Below the pieces are notes generated by a model. That model saw only the letters and a list, made by a program, of their open reading frames with translations. It made no database searches and was not told the DNA's origin. The position numbers and the translations under genes are program-made. Of a DNA stretch of 64,000 nt, positions 46,307 through 56,748 are shown piece after piece (the stretch's first letter is position 1; every line of letters begins with the position of its first letter). Origin of the DNA: Brevinematales bacterium (GTDB taxonomy: Bacteria; Spirochaetota; Brevinematia; Brevinematales; JAOACQ01); contig JBBFLL010000002.1 of assembly GCA_037479045.1 (NCBI GenBank), positions 73,108 through 137,107 of the forward strand. Direction: 5' to 3'.

Positions 46307-47425
46307 CTACCTTCCAAGATAGTCAAGGACTATATTTAATATTCTTCTTATGGGTTCAGCAGCTCCCCAGAGTAATTGATCACCTACAGTAAAACAAGTT
46401 AAATATTCTTCGCCAATATTCATTTTTCTTATCCTTCCCACTGGAACAGAGAGAGTTCCTGAAACAGCCGCAGGAGTAAGTTCTTTTATAGTAATATCTC
46501 TCTCGTTTGGAACAACTTTAACCCATTCATTTGCATTTGAAATAATATCAACTATATCATTCAAAGGTAAATTTTTCTTTAACTTTATAGTAAGTCCCTG
46601 AGAATGACATCTCATTGCCCCAATTCTTACACATATTCCATCAACAGGAATTGGTGGATTATTCATAAGAATTTTATTGGTCTCAGCATAACCTTTCCAC
46701 TCTTCTCTACTCTGTCCATTATCAAGTTGTTTATCTATCCAGGGAATAAGGCTACCAGCAAGAGGAACACCAAAGTTATCTACGGGAATATTTTTACTTC
46801 TTAAAGCCTCGCTTACCTTTCTATCTATATCAAGTATAGCACTTGCTGGATCTTTTAATTCATCTTCTACTGTGTTATATAGATAGCCCATCTGTAACAA
46901 AAGCTCTCTCATATTCTTTGCACCTGCTCCAGAAGCAGCTTGATAGGTCATTGAAGAAACCCATTCAACAAGCCCGGCATGAAAAAGCCCACCGACTCCC
47001 ATAAGCATAAGGCTTACAGTGCAATTACCACCTATATAATCTTTTATCCCTTTTTGCAATGCTTCATCTATAACCTTTCTATTTACTGGATCAAGCACTA
47101 TTATGCTATCCTTTTCCATTCTTAAAGTTGAAGCAGCATCAATCCAATAACCCTTCCAGCCTTCCTTTCTCAATTTAGGATAAATCTCAGTGGTATAGTC
47201 TCCACCCTGACAGCTCACAATTATATCAAGTTTCTTTAAACTATTTATATCAAAAGCATCCTGCAAAGGAGGTGTTTCAATACCTATTTCTGGAGCTTTT
47301 CCTCCAACCTGAGAGGTAGAATAAAAAATTGGCTCAAAGCCCTTGAAATCCTTTTCAGCAAGCATTCTTTCCATGAGCACAGAACCTACCATTCCTCGCC
47401 AGCCAATGAATCCAACTTTAAGCAT
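46307..47425 (-). CDS. asd: Aspartate-semialdehyde dehydrogenase
   Basis: 372 aa. [17 protein letters not shown] and the [11 protein letters not shown] active-site Cys. Confidence 0.95.
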   Translation of the reverse strand: MLKVGFIGWRGMVGSVLMERMLAEKDFKGFEPIFYSTSQVGGKAPEIGIETPPLQDAFDINSLKKLDIIVSCQGGDYTTEIYPKLRKEGWKGYWIDAASTLRMEKDSIIVLDPVNRKVIDEALQKGIKDYIGGNCTVSLMLMGVGGLFHAGLVEWVSSMTYQAASGAGAKNMRELLLQMGYLYNTVEDELKDPASAILDIDRKVSEALRSKNIPVDNFGVPLAGSLIPWIDKQLDNGQSREEWKGYAETNKILMNNPPIPVDGICVRIGAMRCHSQGLTIKLKKNLPLNDIVDIISNANEWVKVVPNERDITIKELTPAAVSGTLSVPVGRIRKMNIGEEYLTCFTVGDQLLWGAAEPIRRILNIVLDYLGR

Positions 47426-47560
47426 ACTATCACCTCAAATATAAAATTTAAGCATAAATTATAATACAAAAATAAATTAAATTCAAATTTTATCGTTTTA
47501 AATATACTACTCGAAGAATTCATTGATTCTGTAAAAATTTCTTAATTTTTTTATAAAAAG

Positions 47561-49285
47561 TTATGATTTTTTAAATACACCAACAAGATAAAAAATACTA
47601 TAATATATCTGAAGAATTGCAATTAAAAAGCCATCAAAAAATGCTTTAAATCCATAAATCAACCTGCTTATAAAAATTATTCCATAATAGATAGCTAAAA
47701 ATAAGAGAGTAAATTTATTGATAAAAATTAATGAAAATAAAATCCATATCAAAAAGAAAAATGGTAAAATATAACCAATTGATAAGAACTTAATTTCTTT
47801 TCTTTTAATAATATTTCTCAATTCTTCTCCTCTTGAAATAGCATTATTTTTGACATATAAAAATAATTCTTTCAAATTTTCTGAAAATTTGCTATAAATC
47901 ATAATATCTGGTGAATAATACAGTTTTTTAGTTGCTTTTTGAATTAATTCTGAAATGAGATATTCAAGTCTACCAGAGTTTTTTATTTCATAATTTGCAA
48001 GTAAAATATCTCTTTTTACAAATAGCCCATTTATATTTAACTCTCTCACTTCTTTAAAATTAACAGGTTTATATCTGTATGTAAGGTTGAAGTTTAAAAA
48101 AAAGCTACCAATTATTCTGTGAGATAAAATCTGAAAACCCGAATTCTCTGAAGGAAGTATATATCCACCTACTCCACCAACATCTGGAAGGGATAAAATT
48201 CTTCCCACATTGTATAAAAATCTTTCATCAACAAATGAATTTAACCTTGAAAAAACAATAACATCTCCATTAAGAATAGAAGAATTTATTAAAGATTGTA
48301 ATTTTTCTATTTCATTCAAAGAATTTGACAATTTTAAAAACTTATATTCTTTTTGACTTTCAAATTTTTCTTCTCCAATCAATATTATTTCATAATAGGG
48401 GTAAAGAATTGAGGTAAAGGTTTTGAAAGCCATCTTTTCAAATTCATCATTTTTGGAAGAAAACAAAACAATAGAATAAAAAAACTTCTTGTTTTCACCG
48501 AGTGGTCTATCATAAAATTTTAATATTTTATCTCTATACCAGACAGCGAAAGTATCAATAAATGTTTTTAAGATTACATTGAAATTAAAATTCCAGCCAA
48601 ATTTCCTTGAAAAATCAAGTTTTATAGGTGCTGAAACAACTTTTAACTGATGTTTGAATAGAATTAATAACAATTCAATATCAAAAGCAAATCTTTTTAC
48701 TATAACTTTTGGTAAAGCAAGCTCTAAAGCCTCTCTTTTGAAAAGTTTTATTCCCGTTTGAGTATCCATTATAGGCAAGCCAAACAAAAATTTCACAATA
48801 GAATAATACCCAAAGCTCAATATTTTTCTATAAAATGGATAATTGACAATTGAATCTGGATGTAGTTTACTTCCTATAACAGCATAGGCTTTTTCTGTTG
48901 ACATTTTTTTTAAGAAATTCGGTAAATGCTCGATAGAAAGTTCAAGATCGGAATCAATAAATAGTATAAGTTCTCCACTTGAAAACTCGTATCCAGTCTT
49001 TAATGCCCAACCTTTACCGAAGTTTTTGTAATTTTTTATAATTTTTACAGTCTCATCTTTTGAAAAATTTTCTTTCAGTAATTCATAAGAATTATCTGTT
49101 GAACCATCGTCAATCAGGACAATTTCGTAATTAAGATTTAAAGAAGATAAATATTCTTTAACTCTATAAACATTTTGAACAATTCTTTTTTCTTCATTTA
49201 AGAAAGGCATCAATATAGAAATCTTCTTGGTTTTTAACTCATCAGGAATTTTTACATATTCAAGTGGATCAAATTTTATCGACAT
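47561..49285 (-). CDS. Two-domain glycosyltransferase family 2 protein with C-terminal TM helices
   Basis: 574 aa. N-terminal GT-A (ISILMPFLNEE...IDDGSTDNS...DSDL), a second GT2-like half, and a hydrophobic C-terminus. Confidence 0.7.
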   Translation of the reverse strand: MSIKFDPLEYVKIPDELKTKKISILMPFLNEEKRIVQNVYRVKEYLSSLNLNYEIVLIDDGSTDNSYELLKENFSKDETVKIIKNYKNFGKGWALKTGYEFSSGELILFIDSDLELSIEHLPNFLKKMSTEKAYAVIGSKLHPDSIVNYPFYRKILSFGYYSIVKFLFGLPIMDTQTGIKLFKREALELALPKVIVKRFAFDIELLLILFKHQLKVVSAPIKLDFSRKFGWNFNFNVILKTFIDTFAVWYRDKILKFYDRPLGENKKFFYSIVLFSSKNDEFEKMAFKTFTSILYPYYEIILIGEEKFESQKEYKFLKLSNSLNEIEKLQSLINSSILNGDVIVFSRLNSFVDERFLYNVGRILSLPDVGGVGGYILPSENSGFQILSHRIIGSFFLNFNLTYRYKPVNFKEVRELNINGLFVKRDILLANYEIKNSGRLEYLISELIQKATKKLYYSPDIMIYSKFSENLKELFLYVKNNAISRGEELRNIIKRKEIKFLSIGYILPFFFLIWILFSLIFINKFTLLFLAIYYGIIFISRLIYGFKAFFDGFLIAILQIYYSIFYLVGVFKKS

Positions 49286-49332
49286 TATAAACTCTTATTA
49301 TAGTTGAAAGGGTATTAACCCTTTCAACATAT

Positions 49333-50403
49333 TTAAATTGCGTTTGCTACAAGATCGCCAACTTCTTCTGTATTATATCCCATTTTGCCAGCTGATAAGC
49401 TCTTAAGTTTTGTGCAGGTTAAAGCTACAGCATTTTCTATGGCTTTTGCAGCTTTTTCTTCTCCCAAGAATTCAAGCATCATTCTTCCTGCTTCAATTGC
49501 AGCAAGTGGATTGATCATCTTTTTACCAGTATATTTTGGTGCAGAACCACCAATAGGTTCAAACATTGATACACCTTCGGGATTAATATTTCCACCAGCA
49601 GCTATACCCATACCACCCTGTATCATAGCACCAAGGTCTGTAATGATATCACCAAAAAGATTTTCAGTTACAATAACATCAAACCATTCTGGATTTTTTA
49701 CAAACCACATTGTAGTAGCATCAACATGCATATAATCTCTTGGAATATCAGAATACTCCTTTTGTCCCATTTCTTCAAAAGCTCTGAACCACAAATCTCC
49801 ACAGTATGTTAAAACATTTCTTTTATGAACAAGATGAATTGGCTTTGCTTTTGATTTTTCGCTTTCTTTATTTCTCTTTTTCTTTAATTCAAAAGCAAAT
49901 TTCAAACATCTATCAACTGTTCTTCTATCATATACCATAAGTTGTGTGGCAATCTCATCTTGCGTTCCTTCTCTTGTTACACCACCATGCCCGGTATAAA
50001 TACCACCAGTATTTTCTCTTATAACTACAAAATCTATATCTTCTGGCTTTTTGTCTTTTAATGGAGTGTCTACGTTAGGATAAAGTTTAACTGGTCTTAA
50101 ATTTATATATTGATCGAGATCAAATCTTATTTTTAATAGCAGCCCTTTTTCAAGGATTCCGGGTTTAACGTCTGGATGACCTATAGCTCCAAGATAGATT
50201 GCATCATAGTTTTTAAGTTCCTGAACTTCTTCGTTTGAAATTATCTTTCCAGTTTTTAGATATCTTTCACCACCATAATCAAGATAATGAAAATCAATCT
50301 TAAAACCAAATTTTGTAGAAGCTGCATTTAAAACTTTAACACCTTCTGCAATAACTTCAGGACCTGTTCCATCTCCACCAATTACCGCAATATTATATGC
50401 CAT
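49333..50403 (-). CDS. Isopropylmalate/isocitrate/tartrate dehydrogenase family oxidative decarboxylase
   Basis: I prefer the ATG at 50403 (MAYNIAVIGGDGTGPEV, GGAGG upstream). Contains NLFGDIITDLGA and GSAPKYTGK motifs. Subfamily not resolvable by eye. Confidence 0.8.
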   Translation of the reverse strand: MAYNIAVIGGDGTGPEVIAEGVKVLNAASTKFGFKIDFHYLDYGGERYLKTGKIISNEEVQELKNYDAIYLGAIGHPDVKPGILEKGLLLKIRFDLDQYINLRPVKLYPNVDTPLKDKKPEDIDFVVIRENTGGIYTGHGGVTREGTQDEIATQLMVYDRRTVDRCLKFAFELKKKRNKESEKSKAKPIHLVHKRNVLTYCGDLWFRAFEEMGQKEYSDIPRDYMHVDATTMWFVKNPEWFDVIVTENLFGDIITDLGAMIQGGMGIAAGGNINPEGVSMFEPIGGSAPKYTGKKMINPLAAIEAGRMMLEFLGEEKAAKAIENAVALTCTKLKSLSAGKMGYNTEEVGDLVANAI

Positions 50404-50525
50404 TATTTTCCTCCACAAATGTTAGAATTAAATAGTTTAAAATAAACCAGCCAAAAAGTCAAAAATAAGTTTCATAAAAATAGTGAAAACTTAAATTTTG
50501 TGTTAAAATCTTATATGGAGAAATT

Positions 50526-51098
50526 ATGATAAAGGACAGAATAAAAGAATCTATAGACGTTAAAGAAAAAATTTTAAACGATGAAAAGTTATTGAATAAC
50601 ATTTCTGTTGTGGCTCAAAAAATAATTGAATGTTATAAGAATAATGGCAAAGTTTTATTTGCTGGAAATGGTGGTAGTGCTGCTGATGCACAGCATTTAG
50701 TTGCTGAACTTGTAGCAAGATTTTATCTTGAAAGAAAAGCCTTGAAGGCTGAAGCATTGAGTGTCAACACATCTACAATAACAGCTATTGGCAATGATTA
50801 CGACTATTCAAAAATTTTCTCAAGGCAAGTAGAAGCTAATGGTGAAAAAGGAGATATCTTTATAGGTCTATCAACAAGTGGAAACTCAAAAAATATAATA
50901 GAAGCTATAAATGTATGTAGAGAAAAGGGATTATTTGTAGTAGGTTTTACTGGAGAAAGTGGTGGTAAAATGAAAGAAATGTGTGATATACTCATAAATG
51001 TTCCTTCGAGTGATACTCCAAGAATTCAGGAAGCACATATAACTATTGGTCATATTATATGTGAGATTGTTGAAAAAGAATTGTTTGCTAACAAATAG
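50526..51098 (+). CDS. gmhA: Phosphoheptose isomerase (SIS domain)
   Basis: 190 aa. GNGGSAADAQH and LSTSGNS motifs. Confidence 0.85.
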   Translation: MIKDRIKESIDVKEKILNDEKLLNNISVVAQKIIECYKNNGKVLFAGNGGSAADAQHLVAELVARFYLERKALKAEALSVNTSTITAIGNDYDYSKIFSRQVEANGEKGDIFIGLSTSGNSKNIIEAINVCREKGLFVVGFTGESGGKMKEMCDILINVPSSDTPRIQEAHITIGHIICEIVEKELFANK

Positions 51099-51106
51099 AA
51101 AAGAAT

Positions 51107-51134
51107 GGTTTTATTTTTAATAAAACCTATTTTT
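51107..51134 (+). terminator. Possible rho-independent terminator after gmhA
   Basis: ggttttat (51107-51114), tttta loop, ataaaacc (51120-51127), then tattttt. Only 2 GC pairs, so the stem is weak. Confidence 0.4.
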
Positions 51135-51142
51135 GAAAAATT

Positions 51143-52138
51143 ATGAAAAGATTTTTGTTAATATTTATTCTAAGTACTTCTTCACTTTTTGGTTTGAGAA
51201 ATTTTCAAAGATTTTACATTGGAGCTGAAAATATAGGAATTGGAAATGCGGCAGTAGCAGACTCTTCAGCCGAAAGCACAATAGTTTACAATCCTTCTAT
51301 AATTCCAGCTCTGTATTCTACAAACAGTAGTTTTATAATTTCCTATGAAGTTTTTTCGACTTTTAAAATTATTGATATACTTGCCTTAAACATAAAATAT
51401 GACTTTGACATTTTTCCATTTTTTTCTTTTATTCTTCCAAAAGAAAATTATGGTCTATCTTTATCCCTTGAAGATCTGTTTTATTCTCCTGAAGCAAGTT
51501 TTGATTTAAGATTTGTAAAGCTGAGTCTTTCTTACAAACCTCTCGAAAATTTTGTTATAGGTTTTTCTCCCGGTTTCTTGATAGCGACAGAAAACAATGG
51601 CTATGGTTTTGGCTATGGCGGTCAATTTTCTTTTCTACTTAAGATACTTGAGAATTTAGAGATGGGGGGTAGCTTTTTATATTTTTCTCAAGTTGAGTGG
51701 GATATTACTCCATACGGTGATAAACTAATAGAAAAATTTCCAAATGAAATCAACTTTGGTGGAACTTTAAAAATGAATAAAGACTTATTCTTTTATTTTT
51801 CAATTGCCAATAGTTTTCTTAATGAGGTAAGTTTTACAATTGATGGGACAAAAACTACTCCCGAATGGGCTACAAATTTTATATACCTTAAACCTTCTAT
51901 TGGTGTCAGATTTCTTGAAAAAAATACAGGAGGACACATAGCTATTGGTTGCTTTATTGATCATTACTTTACGGAAACAAGCATCTTAAATCAATACTAC
52001 CTTACTTTTGGTTTCAGAGGTTATGGTAAAAGATTAAAATACAACATTTCTTTCACTGATGGCTACTTAATTAACTTATTTTACAGAGAAAATATTCCCA
52101 GAGAAAGTATAAACATCAGCTTCAGTTTTTATTTCTGA
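51143..52138 (+). CDS. Putative outer-membrane beta-barrel protein
   Basis: 331 aa with a signal peptide. Alternating aromatic/Gly pattern, C-terminus ...INISFSFYF. Confidence 0.5.
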   Translation: MKRFLLIFILSTSSLFGLRNFQRFYIGAENIGIGNAAVADSSAESTIVYNPSIIPALYSTNSSFIISYEVFSTFKIIDILALNIKYDFDIFPFFSFILPKENYGLSLSLEDLFYSPEASFDLRFVKLSLSYKPLENFVIGFSPGFLIATENNGYGFGYGGQFSFLLKILENLEMGGSFLYFSQVEWDITPYGDKLIEKFPNEINFGGTLKMNKDLFFYFSIANSFLNEVSFTIDGTKTTPEWATNFIYLKPSIGVRFLEKNTGGHIAIGCFIDHYFTETSILNQYYLTFGFRGYGKRLKYNISFTDGYLINLFYRENIPRESINISFSFYF

Positions 52139-52856
52139 AACATACGAGATATTCAACATTATTACTTTTGTATCCTGTAATGGGAGACTCTATAATTTCA
52201 CTTGAGTTAAGACCAATTGAATCAGCATAACTTAAGACTTTTTCTATGGCTTCACTTCTGAATTCTTCTTTTACAATACCACCTTTCGATATTTTATCTT
52301 TTTCAAGCTCAAATTGTGGTTTAATTAATGCTACAATCCAGAATCCTTCCATAAGAATATTTTTCAAAGGTAGAAGTATCTTTGTAAGAGATATAAAAGA
52401 AACATCAACTACACCTATTTCAATTTCCTCAGAGAATAGTTCCTTTGTGAGAAACCTTGCATTTGTATTTTCCATAGAAACTACCTTGGGGTTGGTTCTT
52501 AACTTCCAGTCAAGCTGGTTTGTTCCACAATCTACTGCATAGACAAGCCTTGCCCCTTTTTCAAGCAAAACTTCAGTGAAACCACCAGTGGAGGCTCCAA
52601 CATCAATGGCTACTTTCTCTTTAACATCAAGTCCAAAATATTCTATCGCATGTTTGAGTTTCAATGCTCCACGACTTACGTATGGAAACTTTTCTTTTAT
52701 TCTTATAGAAACATTTTCGTCAAATAAGATACCTGCTTTTGTTATAGGATTTTCATTTACTAACACATTACCAGCTAATATTTCCCTTTGTGCCTTTTCC
52801 CTTGAATCAAACAATCCTTTTTTAACGAGTATTATATCAAGCCTTTCTTTTGACAT
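52122..52856 (-). CDS. tlyA: TlyA family rRNA 2'-O-methyltransferase (S4 + FtsJ domains)
   Basis: 244 aa. RLDIILV...SREKAQREI (S4) and DVGASTGGFTEVLL (SAM-binding). Confidence 0.85.
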   Translation of the reverse strand: MSKERLDIILVKKGLFDSREKAQREILAGNVLVNENPITKAGILFDENVSIRIKEKFPYVSRGALKLKHAIEYFGLDVKEKVAIDVGASTGGFTEVLLEKGARLVYAVDCGTNQLDWKLRTNPKVVSMENTNARFLTKELFSEEIEIGVVDVSFISLTKILLPLKNILMEGFWIVALIKPQFELEKDKISKGGIVKEEFRSEAIEKVLSYADSIGLNSSEIIESPITGYKSNNVEYLVCFRNKN

Positions 52857-52858
52857 AA

Positions 52859-55315
52859 TTAAATAAACAAATTGTTATCCGCATATTCACTTGCTTCAAG
52901 GTAAGATGCAACTCCACCTATCTCAACACCATCAATAAGTTCTTCTTTCTTAATGCCCATAAGATCCATAGACATCTGACAGGCTACAAGTTTCGCACCA
53001 TTCTTTATAGCATTTTCTATCATCATTTCAAGCTGTTCTACTTTTTTCTTTTTCATAAGCCATCTTATCATTAAAGGACCTGCACCCAACATATTCATTT
53101 GAGATAATTTCAGATGTTTACTTCCCTTTGGCAGCATTATTCCAAACATCTTTTCTATGAAATTCTTTTTGACTTTAGCTTTTGGTTTTCTTAATACAGA
53201 AAGTCCCCAGAATGTAAAAAACATAGTTACTTTTCTACCCATAGATAAGGCACCGTTAGCAATAATGAAAGAAGCTATAACCTTATCAAGGTTATTATCA
53301 AAAACTATGATAGTTTTATCATTGCCACTAGCCTTTGAAATATCTCTTTTAATCTCTGCTTTTTCTATTACGGCATTTACAATTCCCCTTTCCATATTGA
53401 GTGATATAAGTTTATTACCGGTAGCTTTAGCCCATGCAACAACATCATTGTAAAATCCGGGATCTGTAGCTTTAACTTCAAGGACATCTCCAACATTAAC
53501 TCTATCTATTTCTGTTTTTAACTTCATTATTGGGCCGGGACATTGTAAACCACAGGCATCAACGCTTATCTTTTTCTTTGGCATCTCAACTGAAAGAGCT
53601 ACACTTTTTGAAGTAGCAAGTCCAGTGTCAAAATCCTCTCCAAATTTATCTGGATTATCCTGAACAGAAACGCTCGAAGAATAAGTAAGATAGCCACCAA
53701 CAAGGTTTCTTACATTTTTATATCCATTTGCAAGTAATATTCTTGCAGCAATATAACCTCTCAAACCTACTCTACAGAAAACTACAATATCTTTATCTTT
53801 TGGAATTTCTTTCAATCTATTTCTTAAATCATCAACAGGAATATTTATTGCTCCTTTTATTGTGCCATGCTTTACTTCTTCCTCAGTTCTTACATCAAGA
53901 AGAATTGTTTTTGATAGATCAAGAGACTCTATTTCATTCCAGTAAATTGGCTTAACAAGACCTTTCAATATATTTTCAGCAGTAAAACCAGCCATATTTA
54001 CAGGATCCTTTGCAGAAGAATAAGGAGGAGCATAAGCCTGTTCATAATTAAGTAAATCAAAAATAGTTCCATTCTTCTGGATAAAAGAAGTTATTACATC
54101 AATTCTTTTGTCAACACCATCAAAACCAACACACTGGGCACCAAGTATTCTACCATCTTCAGGCGAAAAGATTACCTTTAAAGAAAGGGACAAAGCATCA
54201 GGATAATATGTAGCATGTGAAGATGGATGAACTATTGTATATTGATATGGTATTTTTTCTGCTTTCAATAACTTTTCATTTGCTCCAGTTACAGCAACTG
54301 TGAGGTCAAAAACTTTTGCTATTCCACTACCAACTGTTCCAAAATATTTTAATTTATTACCATTTATTATATTGTCAGCAACAATCCTTCCCTGTTTATT
54401 CGCTGGACCAGCAAGTGGAATAAGACTATTTTTTCCTGTAATAAAATTTTTTACCTCTATTGCATCTCCTATTGCATAAATATCTGGATCGCTTGTCTGT
54501 AAATATTCATCAACTAAGATTCCTCCTTTTTCACCAATAGCAAGACCAGCCGATTTTGCAAGTTTTACATCAGGTTTAACACCTATAGACATTATAACCA
54601 TATCACAAAGTAAAACTTTTCCATTTTTGAGTTCTACTTTAACCTTCTGGTTTTCTTCAGAAAAACCAACCACAGAATTGTTGAGATAGAACTCTACACC
54701 TTTTGTTTTAAGATGTTGATGAATGATTGAGGCCATTTCATAATCAAGAGGCGGCATAAGTTGGTTTGCAAGCTCAACAATTGTGACATATATTCCTTTA
54801 TGGTGTAGATTTTCGGCAATTTCAAGTCCGATATATCCACCACCTACAACTATAACTCTCTTAGGATTATTTTTGTCTATATAGTTTTTTATCCTATCGG
54901 TATCATCGACATTTCTCAATTTAAAAACTTTGTCAGAATTGACGCCTTTAATATCTGGAACAAAAGGTTCTGCTCCCGGAGAAAGAACAAGTTTATCATA
55001 GTCTTCTGTATATTCTTCACCTGTCAATAGGTTTTTTGCTTTAACTGTCTTTTTATCTGGATTTATTGATATAACTTCTGTATTTATTCTCACATCAACA
55101 TTGAATCTATTTTTAAATGAAGACGGTGTCTGAACAAAAAGTTTATTTCTTTCACTTATTACTCCACCAATGTAGTATGGAAGTCCACAATTGGCATAAG
55201 AAACGTATCCACCCTTTTCAAAAACAATTATCTCATCTTTCTCAGAAAGCCTTCTCAATCTTGCAGCAGCACTCATTCCACCAGCTACACCACCAACTAT
55301 CAGATATTTAGCCAT
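52859..55315 (-). CDS. Four-domain fusion: CoA-disulfide reductase/NADH oxidase-like flavoprotein + rhodanese + TusA/SirA-like + DsrE-like
   Basis: 818 aa. GGVAGGMSAA...YANCGLPYY (redox Cys), rhodanese FCRVGLRG, TusA-type DACGLQCPGP, and a C-terminal DsrE/DrsE-like region (MFFTFWGL...VACQMSMDLMG). Confidence 0.8.
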   Translation of the reverse strand: MAKYLIVGGVAGGMSAAARLRRLSEKDEIIVFEKGGYVSYANCGLPYYIGGVISERNKLFVQTPSSFKNRFNVDVRINTEVISINPDKKTVKAKNLLTGEEYTEDYDKLVLSPGAEPFVPDIKGVNSDKVFKLRNVDDTDRIKNYIDKNNPKRVIVVGGGYIGLEIAENLHHKGIYVTIVELANQLMPPLDYEMASIIHQHLKTKGVEFYLNNSVVGFSEENQKVKVELKNGKVLLCDMVIMSIGVKPDVKLAKSAGLAIGEKGGILVDEYLQTSDPDIYAIGDAIEVKNFITGKNSLIPLAGPANKQGRIVADNIINGNKLKYFGTVGSGIAKVFDLTVAVTGANEKLLKAEKIPYQYTIVHPSSHATYYPDALSLSLKVIFSPEDGRILGAQCVGFDGVDKRIDVITSFIQKNGTIFDLLNYEQAYAPPYSSAKDPVNMAGFTAENILKGLVKPIYWNEIESLDLSKTILLDVRTEEEVKHGTIKGAINIPVDDLRNRLKEIPKDKDIVVFCRVGLRGYIAARILLANGYKNVRNLVGGYLTYSSSVSVQDNPDKFGEDFDTGLATSKSVALSVEMPKKKISVDACGLQCPGPIMKLKTEIDRVNVGDVLEVKATDPGFYNDVVAWAKATGNKLISLNMERGIVNAVIEKAEIKRDISKASGNDKTIIVFDNNLDKVIASFIIANGALSMGRKVTMFFTFWGLSVLRKPKAKVKKNFIEKMFGIMLPKGSKHLKLSQMNMLGAGPLMIRWLMKKKKVEQLEMMIENAIKNGAKLVACQMSMDLMGIKKEELIDGVEIGGVASYLEASEYADNNLFI

Positions 55316-55325
55316 ACAAAACCTC

Positions 55326-55682
55326 CTACCATAATTTAAACAAATGTGGCAAAAAAATCAATAATCCTATAATTATTGAATATAAGGCGGAAAGCAAAAC
55401 AAATCCGGCAGAAATATCTTTAATTATTTCTATTTTTTTATTATATTTATTATCTATCAAATCGAGAGATTTTTCAATAGCAGAATTGATTAATTCTGAG
55501 ATTAAAACAAGAAAAATTGCTGAAATTATAAAAAGCCATTCAATTTTTTTTATTCTTAAAATAAAAGAAAATAAAATAACAACAATTGCCACAAAAAAGT
55601 GGATTTGAAAGTTTTTCTCATTAAACAAAGCAAATGATAAGCCTTTGATGGCAAATTTTAAAGATTTAATAAACCTTTTCAT
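55326..55682 (-). CDS. dgkA: Diacylglycerol kinase (prokaryotic DgkA family)
   Basis: 118 aa with 3 TM. SELINSAIEKSLD motif. Confidence 0.8.
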   Translation of the reverse strand: MKRFIKSLKFAIKGLSFALFNEKNFQIHFFVAIVVILFSFILRIKKIEWLFIISAIFLVLISELINSAIEKSLDLIDNKYNKKIEIIKDISAGFVLLSALYSIIIGLLIFLPHLFKLW

Positions 55683-56748
55683 CTAATATTGCTTTTAAAA
55701 TTTCTTCAAAACTTCCATAAACATTAAGATTATTCTTAATCTCATAATTTCCTTTAAGAATATATGACTTAAGATAAGGAAGTTTTATTCTATCACTCTC
55801 TTTATCACCAATCATAACACTCTTCGTTAAGTCAATATTAAACCTTTCTGCAGCCTTTAAAAACATACCAGGTTCTGGTTTTCTATCAAGGCTTTTTTTT
55901 CTGTAAATTTCAACAACCCCATCTTTATGGTATGGACAATAAAAACTACCAAGTATTTTAAACCCTTTATTTATCAATTCTCTCTCAAGATGATCCTGAA
56001 ATTTGAAGTAATCTTCTTCTGTAAATTTCCCTTTAGCAATTCCAGCCTGATTAGTGGTAATAACAAACCCATCAAAGTATTTTTCAATAGAATTCATAAA
56101 TTCAAAAAGCCCATTTTTGAACTTTAAATCCTCGATTTTATAAACATAACCAAGATCTTCGTTGATTATACCATCTCTATCCAGAAAAACAACTTTAAGT
56201 TTATTTCTCTTTCTTATCTCAGAAATTTTATAAACTATGTGCTCCAGTTCAATCTGTGAATGAATTTTACCTAAGTCAATTATTTCTCCATAAATAGGTA
56301 AACCTATTGCTTTATCATTAAAAATAACATCTTCTTTACCAATTAAATCTTTTTTAAGAACAAAACAACCAAAATGGTTAAATCCTTCACCTGAAGAATT
56401 AGCTAGTAAATTAAAGTCATCATCAAGTAAAAAACTACCACTTTCATAGTCAATTTTCACTGGAATTGTTGCTCTTAAATTTTTATGAAGGTGAAATGAA
56501 AATAAGAAATTCAAATCAAAATCAAAAAATTTATTTATTACAATAACATTATCACTTATATCTTCTGGAAGAAAAGAGAGATTTTCAATATTGATAAAGT
56601 CTGAAGTTTTTTCTGAAGTTAATAGAAATATTCTATTAATTCCAGAACTTTTAAGCCAGTCATTTAACTCAGAAAACAACTTTGAATAATCAAGCTCTTT
56701 AGATAATTGAAAATTTAAAATGCAATCCAACTTTAACCCACTATCCAT
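55666..56748 (-). CDS. gmhB: D,D-heptose 1,7-bisphosphate phosphatase (GmhB, HAD) fused to an N-terminal ~185-aa unassigned domain
   Basis: The C-terminal half has FLDRDGIIN, TNQAGIAKG, CPYH, RKPEPGM and GDKESD. The N-terminal half is only vaguely nucleotidyltransferase-like. Confidence 0.7.
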   Translation of the reverse strand: MDSGLKLDCILNFQLSKELDYSKLFSELNDWLKSSGINRIFLLTSEKTSDFINIENLSFLPEDISDNVIVINKFFDFDLNFLFSFHLHKNLRATIPVKIDYESGSFLLDDDFNLLANSSGEGFNHFGCFVLKKDLIGKEDVIFNDKAIGLPIYGEIIDLGKIHSQIELEHIVYKISEIRKRNKLKVVFLDRDGIINEDLGYVYKIEDLKFKNGLFEFMNSIEKYFDGFVITTNQAGIAKGKFTEEDYFKFQDHLERELINKGFKILGSFYCPYHKDGVVEIYRKKSLDRKPEPGMFLKAAERFNIDLTKSVMIGDKESDRIKLPYLKSYILKGNYEIKNNLNVYGSFEEILKAILDEKVY

